Below are positions 8,801 through 17,636 of a stretch of DNA of 57,537 nt, piece after piece. Position 1 is the stretch's first letter, and every line of letters begins with the position of its first letter. The translations under genes and the position numbers were made by a program. The notes under the pieces are model-generated. The model had not been told where the DNA came from. It saw only the letters and a program-made list of their open reading frames with translations, and did not search any database. This DNA comes from Candidatus Bathyarchaeota archaeon (GTDB lineage: Archaea; Thermoproteota; Bathyarchaeia; Bathyarchaeales; Bathyarchaeaceae): assembly GCA_020348945.1 (NCBI GenBank), contig CP070759.1, forward strand, positions 1,407,637 to 1,465,173. The letters run 5' to 3'.

Positions 8801-9228
8801 TTATTGCCCCCTTCGGGAGGCGTCATGTTGGCGGTAAACAGTGACTCAAGCCGGGGGACAAGGGCGTGAGGTTGCAACCGCCATTCGAGCATGGTTACGT
8901 CCCATCCTCCATTTTGGTGAGTCTTGTTCCAACCTATATCCCAAACACGACTCCACCAAGAATAAGCGTCAGTCGTGAAAGATGTGTCAAGGGTTATGCC
9001 AATCTCTGAAAGGTTAGATTTAACGACTTCCCAAAGATCATTATAACCACCATAATATCCCCAATAGGGATTATCAGTTTTCGTCGCGACAAGCGTGAGT
9101 GGTTCCCAGGGAAACGCCGGGTCTGCCTTCGTTGGCATCACCACAACTCCGCTTCGCGCAATTGTACTAATCAGTATCAGACAAGTCAGCATCACTAAAC
9201 TATGTCTCAAAACTTTCTCAAATCTCAT
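5812..9228 (-). CDS. secreted family-5 solute-binding protein fused to dockerin - cohesin - beta-sandwich - CARDB - dockerin
   Basis: Signal/TM at the N-terminus. SBP_bac_5 motifs: IRDNVKWSDNEPLTVHDVLFTF, RYVRQAIAHAIDYEHIF, GGWDVTMLEW. Dockerin pairs: GDADFSGFVGIYDFYIW/PDFDNSDLVDIDDFYKWVDNFG and GDADGSGWVVADDFFLLVDAFG/CDFDDSGRVVADDFFILVDNFG. Cohesin: FTVSIYTDYNGSDIWGWQFSLTYNPDVL...GTLANVTFKVVGTGESHITL. Confidence 0.85.
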   Translation of the reverse strand: MRFEKVLRHSLVMLTCLILISTIARSGVVVMPTKADPAFPWEPLTLVATKTDNPYWGYYGGYNDLWEVVKSNLSEIGITLDTSFTTDAYSWWSRVWDIGWNKTHQNGGWDVTMLEWRLQPHALVPRLESLFTANMTPPEGGNNIFHWNNTGADVLLRSGIQASDALQKKQYLWRWQEWFLHDPPAVNVYNPRVYDAMGSYISGYNPMVEWYDVSHLTVNATKFNNVVTNVDRLAVGANTTIYAVTESVWALLPFYTESYTEEKMWAQLWRPLYKWTIKDSEWYKYMDGSEVAPQDWDIVPDIAAIDPIIDPDGTGNKKKARVVIRDNVKWSDNEPLTVHDVLFTFNTCTLNPATGSTGYADFANMIKNVTYYNETAVDFYLNYEAPMIDLKSCLANDWGGGSIMPFHELGGYMDHPEQLRNSPYNTGGPLEPDPAYFAAVTGPFKMVELVVDDHATFERNDLYFGYDESIVGSPAWGPYNINKTIFEWIPDAPARFLALKNNDVDFGEYSTASVGEYQALSNSTLHPNVRVFQYDRSASNLLFFNLDHTVLSNRYVRQAIAHAIDYEHIFDNILPDWGIETAYRGLTPIVDAHYYTDESNETVHLYNDNLQPYQTNITQAIKYMEMWYYSQVGTDYTKGPVGDADFSGFVGIYDFYIWRECFGKTTGQIWFEPGQDVDPDFDNSDLVDIDDFYKWVDNFGRYYSYKKVGVTELRDYDVEYPAIMVVPETIVDPTLQIGENFTVSIYTDYNGSDIWGWQFSLTYNPDVLHGVEVTNGDLITTAKDPSAFWLQEIIDNTTGILSAGAFFLSFGETVPVTNGPGTLANVTFKVVGTGESHITLGPETKLFGYGYDIVHEWDMPNHVQHGYFARVRVDIPIPSDGNATIEGNVNITKAVVRKNILHFDVSGPSGSTGWINVTFPMINTTNIQVKVDHGPPLTPPPFPIITSNGTHYFIYFEFTLSTHEITIQYAVVDMSVTNVTASKTVVSQNFTMSLNVTVENQGDFTENFNVTTYANTTIIATLTNITLSSGNSTTIALTWNTTGVPYGNCTISANATILEGETDIVDNTLIDGWIVVTIAGDADGSGWVVADDFFLLVDAFGSRPGDSNWNPNCDFDDSGRVVADDFFILVDNFGERAW

Positions 9229-9596
9229 GAATCTCCTTCTCCTTCAGCGTATTATTAATGTATCCATCTGCTTTTAAGATTTTAGAAAGAATCTTCTATT
9301 AAATTAAATAAGATATTTTTTTGAATCATTTATTCTGTCGCAATCTCATGAGCATCAGAATAATACGTAGATATTTGAATAGACGCAAATTAAACGTGGC
9401 AAAACGTGTCAAAATATACACTCAACGAGCATTGTCTTAGATTGCGCGTTAGTAGTCTTAAGGCTGATTCTCCGAAGTTTGGTGCGAGCTAGCGCGCGCA
9501 AGCAGAAATAGACAAAGTCTATCTAAAAACGGAAAATTGAGTATAGAAAATTATTTAGGGCGTCAAACTAATCATAGAGCCAAGGAGGAGACATGT

Positions 9597-9833
9597 ATGC
9601 CTGTAGCCTTTGTGTTGATCAACGCTGAAATTGGTTCGGAGGAAGAAGTTCTTAATTTGATTAAAGACGTTGAAGGGGTGGACGAAGCCTATATCGTCTA
9701 CGGTGTCTATGACATCGTGACGAAGATCAAAGCTGATACCATGGACAAACTCAAAGACATCGTGACGTGGCACATACGACGGCTAAACAAAGTGAGATCA
9801 TCCCTAACCATGATTGTGGTTGAGGGAACATAA
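9597..9833 (+). CDS. stand-alone Lrp/AsnC-type ligand-binding (RAM) domain protein (78 aa)
   Basis: MPVAFVLINAEIGSEEEVLNLIKDVEGVDEAYIVYGVYDIVTKIKADTMDKLKDIVTWHIRRLNKVRSSLTMIVVEG. AGGAGG lies upstream of ATG 9597. The ORF-track start at 9537 is probably too long. Confidence 0.7.
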   Translation: MPVAFVLINAEIGSEEEVLNLIKDVEGVDEAYIVYGVYDIVTKIKADTMDKLKDIVTWHIRRLNKVRSSLTMIVVEGT

Positions 9834-9987
9834 CCACCACTCCTTTTTCTGCACGCTTTGCCATGTGCGAACCATTTTTCCACTCTATACAAGAAATCGT
9901 CACTGAATCATCTCTTCACCCAATTCACTCATTAAGTGAAAGTTCTTATTGTCATAATACGTTTCATGAAGTGGTTGAGCTGACACC

Positions 9988-11319
9988 ATGATCACAATGC
10001 ACATTGGATTCGACGACACTGACTCTCCGAAAATGGGATGCACCACTTACATAGCTGCCCTTCTCGTGGAGAAACTGTGCAAACTAGGCGTTTCCTTCAT
10101 AGACTACCCAAACCTCGTTCGGCTTAACCCCAACGTTCCCTGGAAAACCCGTGGCAACGGCGCTCTCTGCCTGAGAATCCAGTGTGCTGAGAGCCTCACG
10201 GAAGGGATCATGAGGATGGTGGTTGACGCTGTCGAGAAAAACTCTGACTTAGACTATGCTGGCACTGATCCAGGCGCTGTCTTCTTCTTCCACGACAACG
10301 TGCCGATCGAGTTCAAAGAATTTGCTAAAAGAGCCATACAAGGCATTGTAAAGATGGAAGAAACTCTTAAGCTCATTAAAAAGTTCGGGGCGGAGGCAGT
10401 AGGCTTCAAGAAGGGAAGAGGCATTATTGGAGGCTTAGCCGCAATCGGCGAAACTTTAGAGGGCGATCACACTTACGAGGTTATAGCCTATCGAAAACCT
10501 CAAAATCGCGGAACACCTAGGAGAATTCAAGTTTCATCTGTTGCTGAGATGGACAAGAAAACTTCGCCTTTAACCTTCAACAACATTGACTCTGAGAAAC
10601 AGCGAGTCCTTATAGCTCCAAGAGGACCCGACCCGATTCTGTACGGCATCCGAGGGGAAAAACCAGAGGTTGTCAAGCAAGCCCATGAGATAGTTCGGTC
10701 TCAAGAACCAATTGAACGGTGGATCGTCTTCCGCACAAACCATGGAACCGATGCCCACTTGCGAAAAGTCAGTTCTATCCGCGAGATACAACCCTTCAAC
10801 CCAGTGATCGTTGAAGGCGTTGTAAGTGATGAACCACGGATGATTCCAGGAAGACACATTATCTTCGCCATCAAAGACAAAATAGGGCATATAGACTGCG
10901 CAGCCTACGAACCAACAGGAACCCTTCGAGAAGCCGCTAAAAAGCTGATCAGAGGAGATCAAGTTGAAGTCCATGGGGGTGTCCGTCCCGCCTCGCCCCA
11001 ACATCCAGTTACCCTAAACCTTGAGAAAATGCGAGTTCTAAAGTTGGCTCCAAAAATCTTTTTTCACAACCCCATGTGTTCTCAGTGCGACAAGCGGATG
11101 GAGTCCATGGGAAGAAAGAAAGGATTCAGATGTAAGAAATGCGGCTTTCGCTCCTCAAAGCTGGGAAAGGTGGCAGTTGAGAGCAAGCGTTCTCTTGAGA
11201 AAAAACTGTACATAACGTCCCCTCGATCCCAGAGGCATCTAACAAAACCACTTCTTCGGTACGGAAGAGAAAAAGCCAATGCACCAAAGAATATGATTGA
11301 AGATTGGCATTCTCCCTAA
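9988..11319 (+). CDS. tiaS: tRNA(Ile2) 2-agmatinylcytidine synthetase
   Basis: MHIGFDDTDSPKMGCTTY N-terminus, an OB-like middle region and a C-terminal zinc ribbon (CSQCDKRMESMGRKKGFRCKKCG). Length is typical. Confidence 0.85.
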   Translation: MITMHIGFDDTDSPKMGCTTYIAALLVEKLCKLGVSFIDYPNLVRLNPNVPWKTRGNGALCLRIQCAESLTEGIMRMVVDAVEKNSDLDYAGTDPGAVFFFHDNVPIEFKEFAKRAIQGIVKMEETLKLIKKFGAEAVGFKKGRGIIGGLAAIGETLEGDHTYEVIAYRKPQNRGTPRRIQVSSVAEMDKKTSPLTFNNIDSEKQRVLIAPRGPDPILYGIRGEKPEVVKQAHEIVRSQEPIERWIVFRTNHGTDAHLRKVSSIREIQPFNPVIVEGVVSDEPRMIPGRHIIFAIKDKIGHIDCAAYEPTGTLREAAKKLIRGDQVEVHGGVRPASPQHPVTLNLEKMRVLKLAPKIFFHNPMCSQCDKRMESMGRKKGFRCKKCGFRSSKLGKVAVESKRSLEKKLYITSPRSQRHLTKPLLRYGREKANAPKNMIEDWHSP

Positions 11320-11415
11320 ACTTACGTGGAGACGAGACCGATGAGATGTGAAGAGAGAAAAAGATAAAGCAATCTTTAGGTTTTAAATCACCAACTACAC
11401 GGTTGGGATAAACTA

Positions 11416-12759
11416 ATGAACCAAAGCTTTTTCGAAGCAGTTCTGGAACTGGTTGAGGCGAGCAGGGCGCATGAAAAATACAGAGCCGCAGATTGTATAA
11501 ACCTGATAGCAAGCGAGGGACTAAAGTCTCCCGCAGTGAGGGAGATGCTGAGATTGTCTCAGGACTTAGAGTGCAGGTACGCTGAGGGAGAGAACGATCT
11601 AGAAGGGCATGTTAAAGTACGCTACTATCAGGGGCAAAAGTACATCACGAAAATTGAGAACTACGCAGCTGACTTGATGAAAGACTTGTTCGGTTGCAAC
11701 TGGGTTGACGTGAGACTGGTTTCTGGTACCCACGCGAACTTGGCCACGTTCAAAGGACTCTCCATGGCAACCAAAAACAATAGGATGGTTGTTGCACCCC
11801 TCAGCTGTGGAGCCCACATCTCCCACGACTACACAGGTCTCGCAGGAGAGGTTATAGGGCTGGAGACAATTGATCATGCCTACGACGTAAACGAGATGAA
11901 CATTGACCCAGACAAGTCCGCGGCAGTGATAAGAAAGACGAAGCCAGGGATAGTAACGTTTGGCGGGAGCCTGTTTCTGTTTCCTCACCCCTTAAAGGAG
12001 TTGAGAGAAGCTGCCAGAGAAGTTGACGCCTACGTTGTCTACGATGCTGCTCACGTCCTAGGATTAATAGCTGGCGGACAGCTTCAGGACCCGCTTAGGG
12101 AAGGCGCAGATTTCATAAACGCTTCAACGCATAAAACATTTCCAGGGCCTCAAGGCGGCGTGATTCTCGCAAATCTAGAAGACAAAAGGATGAGAGTGGG
12201 AATAAAAAGCGTTCAGCACTCAATTTTTCCGCTAACCACATCTAATACACATCTTGCAAGGTTGCCCGCCATGGGACTGGCTGCGTTAGAAATGAAAGTG
12301 TTCGGTGTGGAACTCGCAAAGCAAACAGTTAAAAACGCTCAGGTTGCGGGGGAACATTTCTGTGAAAACGGAGTGAAGGTTTTAGGTGAAAAGAAAGGTT
12401 TCACAAGATCACATCAGATTGCCGTGGACATCCAAGAGTATGGTGGAGGGAAAAAGATAGCTGAAAACCTTGAAGAGGCTAACATTATTGTTAACAAGAA
12501 CCTACTGCCCTATGATGATCCGAAGAACAAAAAGAACCCATCGGGACTCCGAATTGGTTTTCAAGACGTAACTAGAAGAGGGTTTAAGGAGGACGACATC
12601 AAACGACTATGCGACTTGATGATAGATGTGATAAAGGGCAAGAGAAAGCCCTCCGATGTTAGAGAAGACACAATCGCTTTGAGACAGTGCTTTAAGGAAA
12701 TCAAGTACGGATTTCAGAGCATAGACGAGACAGTGAAGTATGCAGAAAAACATGGTTAG
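11416..12759 (+). CDS. glyA: serine hydroxymethyltransferase (archaeal type)
   Basis: NLIASEGL, YAEG, and STHKTFPGPQGG (PLP-lysine motif). 447 aa. Confidence 0.9.
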   Translation: MNQSFFEAVLELVEASRAHEKYRAADCINLIASEGLKSPAVREMLRLSQDLECRYAEGENDLEGHVKVRYYQGQKYITKIENYAADLMKDLFGCNWVDVRLVSGTHANLATFKGLSMATKNNRMVVAPLSCGAHISHDYTGLAGEVIGLETIDHAYDVNEMNIDPDKSAAVIRKTKPGIVTFGGSLFLFPHPLKELREAAREVDAYVVYDAAHVLGLIAGGQLQDPLREGADFINASTHKTFPGPQGGVILANLEDKRMRVGIKSVQHSIFPLTTSNTHLARLPAMGLAALEMKVFGVELAKQTVKNAQVAGEHFCENGVKVLGEKKGFTRSHQIAVDIQEYGGGKKIAENLEEANIIVNKNLLPYDDPKNKKNPSGLRIGFQDVTRRGFKEDDIKRLCDLMIDVIKGKRKPSDVREDTIALRQCFKEIKYGFQSIDETVKYAEKHG

Positions 12760-12793
12760 AACTTTCATTTCCGAACAGGCTTTGGTGGCTTAG

Positions 12794-14005
12794 ATGAAAT
12801 ATCTGCTCATAATCGGTGACGGAATGGCCGACTATCCTGTTGAAGCTCTAAACGGAAAAACTCCTCTGCAAGTTGCTAACAAACCGAACATGGACGAGCT
12901 TGCATCTGAGGGGCGCAACGGCATCTTGAGAACAATCCCAGAAAACATGGGGGCTGGTTCTGACGTTGCAAACCTTTCCATTCTAGGGTATAACCCTGAA
13001 AAATGGTACACAGGCAGAGGACCTCTTGAAGCCGCCACTAAAGGAATTCACCTAGCAAAAGACGACATAGCATTTAGGTGCAATTTAATTACAGAAGAAA
13101 ACGATGTTCTAATGGACTACTCTGCGGGTCACATAACAAGCGATGAAGCCAAGGAATTAATGAAGGCTGTAGAAGACAACTTTGGAAAACCGAACGAAAT
13201 AGATTTTCACGCCGGCGTCAGCTACAGGAATCTGCTGGTCTTTAGGAACGGACCATACTCAGACGATGTTTTGTGCACACCACCCCATGACACTGTAGGT
13301 GTTAAAATATCCGAGACTCTGCCAAAAGCTAAAACATCAACGGCTGAGTTCACGGTTACCACTTTAAAAAGGATGATTTATGATTCCAAAAAGATTTTAG
13401 AGAATCATCCGGTGAATGTTAACAGAGTTGCCCTTGGCAAGAGACCTGGAAACATGATTTGGCCTTGGGGTCAAGGTAAAAAACCAAGCATGCCAACATT
13501 GCAGGAAAGATATGGCATAAGCGGAGCGGTCATATCGGCTGTTGATGTGATTAAGGGCGTAGGAATTTACGCTGGAATGAAAGTTATCAATGTTCCAGGC
13601 GCCACCGGTTTTTATGATACAAACTATGAGGGCAAAGCCGATTACGCGCTTGAGGCTCTAAAAAGATATGACATGGTTTTGGTTCACGTGGAGGCTCCAG
13701 ACGAGGCTGGTCACAGTGGAGACCATGAACAAAAAATTAGGACGCTAGAGGATTTGGACCGAAGGTTGATTGGACGATTGCTGGAGGGTTTAGATCAAGA
13801 TTGCACCATTGCTGTTCTGCCAGACCACGTTACACCGATAAAAATTAGAACGCACGCAAGGGACCCTGTTCCGTTTACAATCTGCTCTCCCCTCATTGAA
13901 GCAGACGAGGTGAAGTATTTTGATGAGGTGTCTGCGAGAAAAGGTGGTTTTGGATTTTTGGAAAAAGGAGATACGTTCATGCGGTTATTCGTATTAGCTA
14001 AGTAG
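12794..14005 (+). CDS. apgM: cofactor-independent phosphoglycerate mutase, archaeal form
   Basis: MKYLLIIGDGMADYPVEALNGKTPLQVANKPNMDELA and VHVEAPDEAGHSGD motifs. 403 aa. Confidence 0.8.
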   Translation: MKYLLIIGDGMADYPVEALNGKTPLQVANKPNMDELASEGRNGILRTIPENMGAGSDVANLSILGYNPEKWYTGRGPLEAATKGIHLAKDDIAFRCNLITEENDVLMDYSAGHITSDEAKELMKAVEDNFGKPNEIDFHAGVSYRNLLVFRNGPYSDDVLCTPPHDTVGVKISETLPKAKTSTAEFTVTTLKRMIYDSKKILENHPVNVNRVALGKRPGNMIWPWGQGKKPSMPTLQERYGISGAVISAVDVIKGVGIYAGMKVINVPGATGFYDTNYEGKADYALEALKRYDMVLVHVEAPDEAGHSGDHEQKIRTLEDLDRRLIGRLLEGLDQDCTIAVLPDHVTPIKIRTHARDPVPFTICSPLIEADEVKYFDEVSARKGGFGFLEKGDTFMRLFVLAK

Positions 14006-15218
14006 TCTCTTTTTCAGAACGTTTGGAAAAAATTTCTTTAAGCCTTTTTTCTGGGGCTCCTAGGCAGTAGAGTATGCCTGTTAAGTTCTCTTTTGTTATC
14101 ACGCCGTCAGCCACTTTTTTAAGGATGTCTTTGGGGTTGAGTGCTATTCCTAAACCCGAACTTTGAAGCATGAATCGGTCGTTGGCGCCGTCTCCAACCG
14201 CAACGATTTCCTCCAGCAACAGGTTTTCTTTTCTAGCTAACTGGCGGATTATTTCGCCTTTTCGTTTGTCATCGATTATGGGTTCTTCCACTTCCCCCGT
14301 TAACTTGCCCTCCCTGATTACGAGTTTGTTGGCATAGGCATAGTCGATGCCAAGCTTCTCCTTAATTTTGCCAACGAAATATTCGAAACCTCCAGATACT
14401 AAGGCGGTCTTGAATCCTAACGCCTTGAGCGTGTTTATCAGTTCTTCTGCACCAGGCGTGATTTCCAAGTTTTCCGCTATGACTTCAAGAACCTCCACTT
14501 TTAAGCCCTTTAACAATCTTGCGCGTTCTCTGAGGGCTTGTTTGAAATCGATTTCACCGTTCATTGCTTTTCGCGTGATTTCCTTTACCTTTTTACTTAC
14601 TCCAGCGGCTTTGGCGAGTTCATCGATCACTTCAACTTCGATTAACGTGCTGTCCACGTCAAAAACCATCAGTCTCTTTGGTCTTTGAAACACATCCTCT
14701 GTCTGAACGACCACGTCTTGTCCAGCTTCGCTGCAAGTGTCTTCAAGTCCGCTTCTGAAAGCTTCAAAATTGGAGGAAATGTCGCTGAGGTCCGTAGATA
14801 TTTCCATGACGTTTAGCTCTCCAGAGGTAACCATCCTTATCCTCTCTATGTTCGCTTTTTTTTCAGATAGAAACTGTGAAATCTTTGCGACTATGCCTGG
14901 GCTGTCTTTTCCAATGGTTGTGAGTAATGCAAGTTTCTTTTCGGCTTTGCGTCTCCCAGCAATGTAGGGTTCCATGGTTAACTCTAAGCCTATCTTGTTT
15001 CCGATGCTCGCTAACTGGTCCTTGAGGTTTTCAATTGGTATGGCCGCGGTGCGGCAGTCCACTATCATGAAGATGGCGAAGAGTCCCCTTATGCTAAAGG
15101 CTTCGATGTCAACGATGTTCACGTTTGCGCTGGCTATGGCATCAGTTATTTCCGCGATCAGTCCAGGTTTGTCTTTTCCTGTTGCTGTGATTACGAAGTT
15201 CATTGTCACGTTGAACAC
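13998..15218 (-). CDS. serB: phosphoserine phosphatase with two N-terminal ACT domains
   Basis: ACT-like GKDKPGLIAEITDAIA and GKDSPGIVAKISQFL. HAD motifs MVFDVDSTLI and AVGDGANDRFML. Confidence 0.85.
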   Translation of the reverse strand: MFNVTMNFVITATGKDKPGLIAEITDAIASANVNIVDIEAFSIRGLFAIFMIVDCRTAAIPIENLKDQLASIGNKIGLELTMEPYIAGRRKAEKKLALLTTIGKDSPGIVAKISQFLSEKKANIERIRMVTSGELNVMEISTDLSDISSNFEAFRSGLEDTCSEAGQDVVVQTEDVFQRPKRLMVFDVDSTLIEVEVIDELAKAAGVSKKVKEITRKAMNGEIDFKQALRERARLLKGLKVEVLEVIAENLEITPGAEELINTLKALGFKTALVSGGFEYFVGKIKEKLGIDYAYANKLVIREGKLTGEVEEPIIDDKRKGEIIRQLARKENLLLEEIVAVGDGANDRFMLQSSGLGIALNPKDILKKVADGVITKENLTGILYCLGAPEKRLKEIFSKRSEKETT

Positions 15219-15271
15219 CTTCTGTTTACAAGTCTCTTTACTTGTTGAACCCTTAATTTTCGTGTTTCGGT

Positions 15272-16093
15272 TTAGAAGGTTTCGGGTGCTTTTGGGTAGG
15301 AGCCGAGAACCCTTATGAAAGCTGACTTCTCTTCAAGAGCTTTCAGTGCTTCTTGACAGTTTTCTTCAAGTCTATGGCCTTCAAAATCTAAGTAAAAATT
15401 GTATTCCCAAGGCTGTTGTTTCGTTGGTCTCGACTCGATTTTCGTTAGGTTTATGCCCCTCAAAGCAAACTCTTCAAGAGCGTGAAACAACGCGCCTGGA
15501 ACATGTTTGGAGGCAAAGATTATGGAAGTCTTGTCTTTGCCCGTGGGCTGCGAATCTTTTTTTGACAAGACAAAGAACCTTGTGTAATTGTTCTGGTTGT
15601 CCGCTATTCCCTTAGCAAGAACTTTCATGCTGTAAATTTCTGCGGCTCTCTCACTGGCAATGGCTCCAGCGTCTATCAGCCTTTTTTCCTTCATCATTTT
15701 CACGCTACCAGCAGTGTCGTAGGTGGAAAACAAGTCACAGCCCAATTTTTCTAGGAAGCTTCTACATTGAGCTAAGGCTTGGGGATGGGAGTAAACTACT
15801 TTGACTGAGTTCAAATTTGTTTTTGGGTTGGTTATGAGGCAGTGAACTATCTTGAGGACTATTTCGCCGCATACCTTGAGGTCATGAGTTAAAAACAGAT
15901 CGTAGGTTTGGTTTACGCTTCCCTCTATCGAATTTTCGATGGGAACCACTCCATACAAAGTTTCTCCTTTTTCTACACTTTCAAAAACGTCGGATAGGTT
16001 TTTGCAAGGTTTCACTTCTGCTGAGGAGCCGAAAAAAGAGTAAACCGCGCTCTCACTGTATGCTCCGATTTCACCCTGAAAGGCAACTTTCAC
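15272..16093 (-). CDS. pheA: prephenate dehydratase (PDT + ACT domains)
   Basis: VAFQGEIGAYSE, NYTRFFVL and the TKIESRP motif. 273 aa. Confidence 0.9.
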   Translation of the reverse strand: MKVAFQGEIGAYSESAVYSFFGSSAEVKPCKNLSDVFESVEKGETLYGVVPIENSIEGSVNQTYDLFLTHDLKVCGEIVLKIVHCLITNPKTNLNSVKVVYSHPQALAQCRSFLEKLGCDLFSTYDTAGSVKMMKEKRLIDAGAIASERAAEIYSMKVLAKGIADNQNNYTRFFVLSKKDSQPTGKDKTSIIFASKHVPGALFHALEEFALRGINLTKIESRPTKQQPWEYNFYLDFEGHRLEENCQEALKALEEKSAFIRVLGSYPKAPETF

Positions 16094-16106
16094 TTCACCA
16101 CCTCGC

Positions 16107-17621
16107 TCATTGTAGTCTTCGTCTTTTCAGCAATACTTTGTTGATGCCGCTTATCATCGCCTCGACGCTGGCCATGACTACATCTTCACGCGCTGCTCTC
16201 GCTGACATGACATTTCCATCTTTGTCTTCAACCTTTATTATCACTTCAGCTAAAGCGTCAGACCCTCCAGTTAAGGCTTCCAGCCGGTACTCCTTTAACC
16301 TAACGTTCACCAAATTGGCCGTAAGCTTTTGCACCGCCTTAATCGCAGCGTCAACAGGACCCAAACCAGTTTCGGCGGCCACGTATTCCTTCCCGTCTAA
16401 CACTAGTTTCACTGAGGCCGTTGGGATAACCCTTATTCCAGTCACTACGGCTAGATCCCTTAAGTCAACAATCTTTTTTTCAGCAATTACTCTTCCTGTG
16501 ACAGTTCTGGCTATAGCCAACAAATCGGCGTCTGTCACGGTTTTGCCTTTGTCTCCCAAACTCTTGACTCTTTTAACAATCGTTTTTAGTTGCTCCTTGT
16601 TTGGATGTATTCCAACTTCTTCCAGCTCTGTTTTTATGCCGCGGGTGCCTGCATGTTTCCCAGCTACAAGCCTCCTCATTCTTCCCACGAGTTCAGGTTT
16701 AATCGGCTCAAACGTTGAAGGCACAACTACTACTCCTCGAGTGTGGATGCCTGACTCATGGGCAAAAGCGTTTTCACCCACAATTGCCTTGTTCGGCTGA
16801 ATTGGAACCCCTGTTAATCGAGATACCAGCTGTGAGGTTCCGTAGATCAGCTTGGTGTTTATTCCAGTTTTCACGCCGTGAATCAGATGAAGTCCCATCG
16901 CAACTTCTTCTAACGCTGCATTTCCAGCCCTTTCACCCAACCCATTTATGGTCACGTGAACTTGGGAGGCTCCACCTTCCACCGCAGCTAAAGAGTTCGC
17001 CACAGCCATCCCAAAGTCGTTGTGGCAGTGCACGCTGATGGGAATCTTAACCACGGTTTTAACGTCTTCAATTAGTTTACGCATGGTTGCTGGAGTCATC
17101 ACACCGACAGTGTCAGGAATGTTTATTCGGTCGGCTCCAGCATCTTCAGCAGCGCTGCATATTTTTTTTAGGAACTCTAAATCTGTTCGTGTAGCGTCCA
17201 TTGGCGAAAACTCGCACACCAACCCGTGGTCTTTAACGTACCTAACAGACTCTACGGCTGTTGACAGGACCTGTTCAGGTTTCATGCCTAAAGCGTGCTT
17301 CATCTGCACATCCGAAGTTGAGATAAATATGTGAACCGAGTTAACGTTGCATCCTATGGCAGCGTCTATATCCTCTTTCATGGTGCGGGCGAGACCGCAT
17401 ATTTCAGCGTTCAATCCCAATTTAGCTATTTCCGTAACTGCCTTCGCTTCACCTTTTGAAGTTATCGGAGTGCCAGCTTCTATCACGTCTACGCCTAAGT
17501 TGTCAAGTTGATGAGCTAACTCCACTTTTTCCTCCGGAGTTAGAGATACTCCTGGAGTTTGCTCTCCGTCTCTGAGCGTGGTGTCAAACATTTGGATGTA
17601 TTTCCTATCTGTAGACTTCAA
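16107..17621 (-). CDS. leuA: 2-isopropylmalate synthase (LeuA/CimA family, copy inside the leu cluster)
   Basis: FDTTLRDGEQTPGVSLT, HCHNDFGMAVANSLAA and a C-terminal LeuA-dimer regulatory domain. 504 aa. Confidence 0.85.
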   Translation of the reverse strand: MKSTDRKYIQMFDTTLRDGEQTPGVSLTPEEKVELAHQLDNLGVDVIEAGTPITSKGEAKAVTEIAKLGLNAEICGLARTMKEDIDAAIGCNVNSVHIFISTSDVQMKHALGMKPEQVLSTAVESVRYVKDHGLVCEFSPMDATRTDLEFLKKICSAAEDAGADRINIPDTVGVMTPATMRKLIEDVKTVVKIPISVHCHNDFGMAVANSLAAVEGGASQVHVTINGLGERAGNAALEEVAMGLHLIHGVKTGINTKLIYGTSQLVSRLTGVPIQPNKAIVGENAFAHESGIHTRGVVVVPSTFEPIKPELVGRMRRLVAGKHAGTRGIKTELEEVGIHPNKEQLKTIVKRVKSLGDKGKTVTDADLLAIARTVTGRVIAEKKIVDLRDLAVVTGIRVIPTASVKLVLDGKEYVAAETGLGPVDAAIKAVQKLTANLVNVRLKEYRLEALTGGSDALAEVIIKVEDKDGNVMSARAAREDVVMASVEAMISGINKVLLKRRRLQ

Positions 17622-17636
17622 ACTTCAAACCTCCAG

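Noticed and set aside
16060-16800. 246-aa plus-strand ORF, and similar long antisense ORFs at 25868-26461, 45232-45846, 5623-6193, 7984-8532, 14347-15318, 17578-18306 and 22723-23100
   Set aside because: Each lies entirely antisense to a confidently identified gene (leuA, ilvD, surface protein, SBP, serB, leuB, ilvB). Their composition is low-complexity Ser/Pro/Ala/Thr-rich, typical of shadow frames, and I recognised no family motifs.
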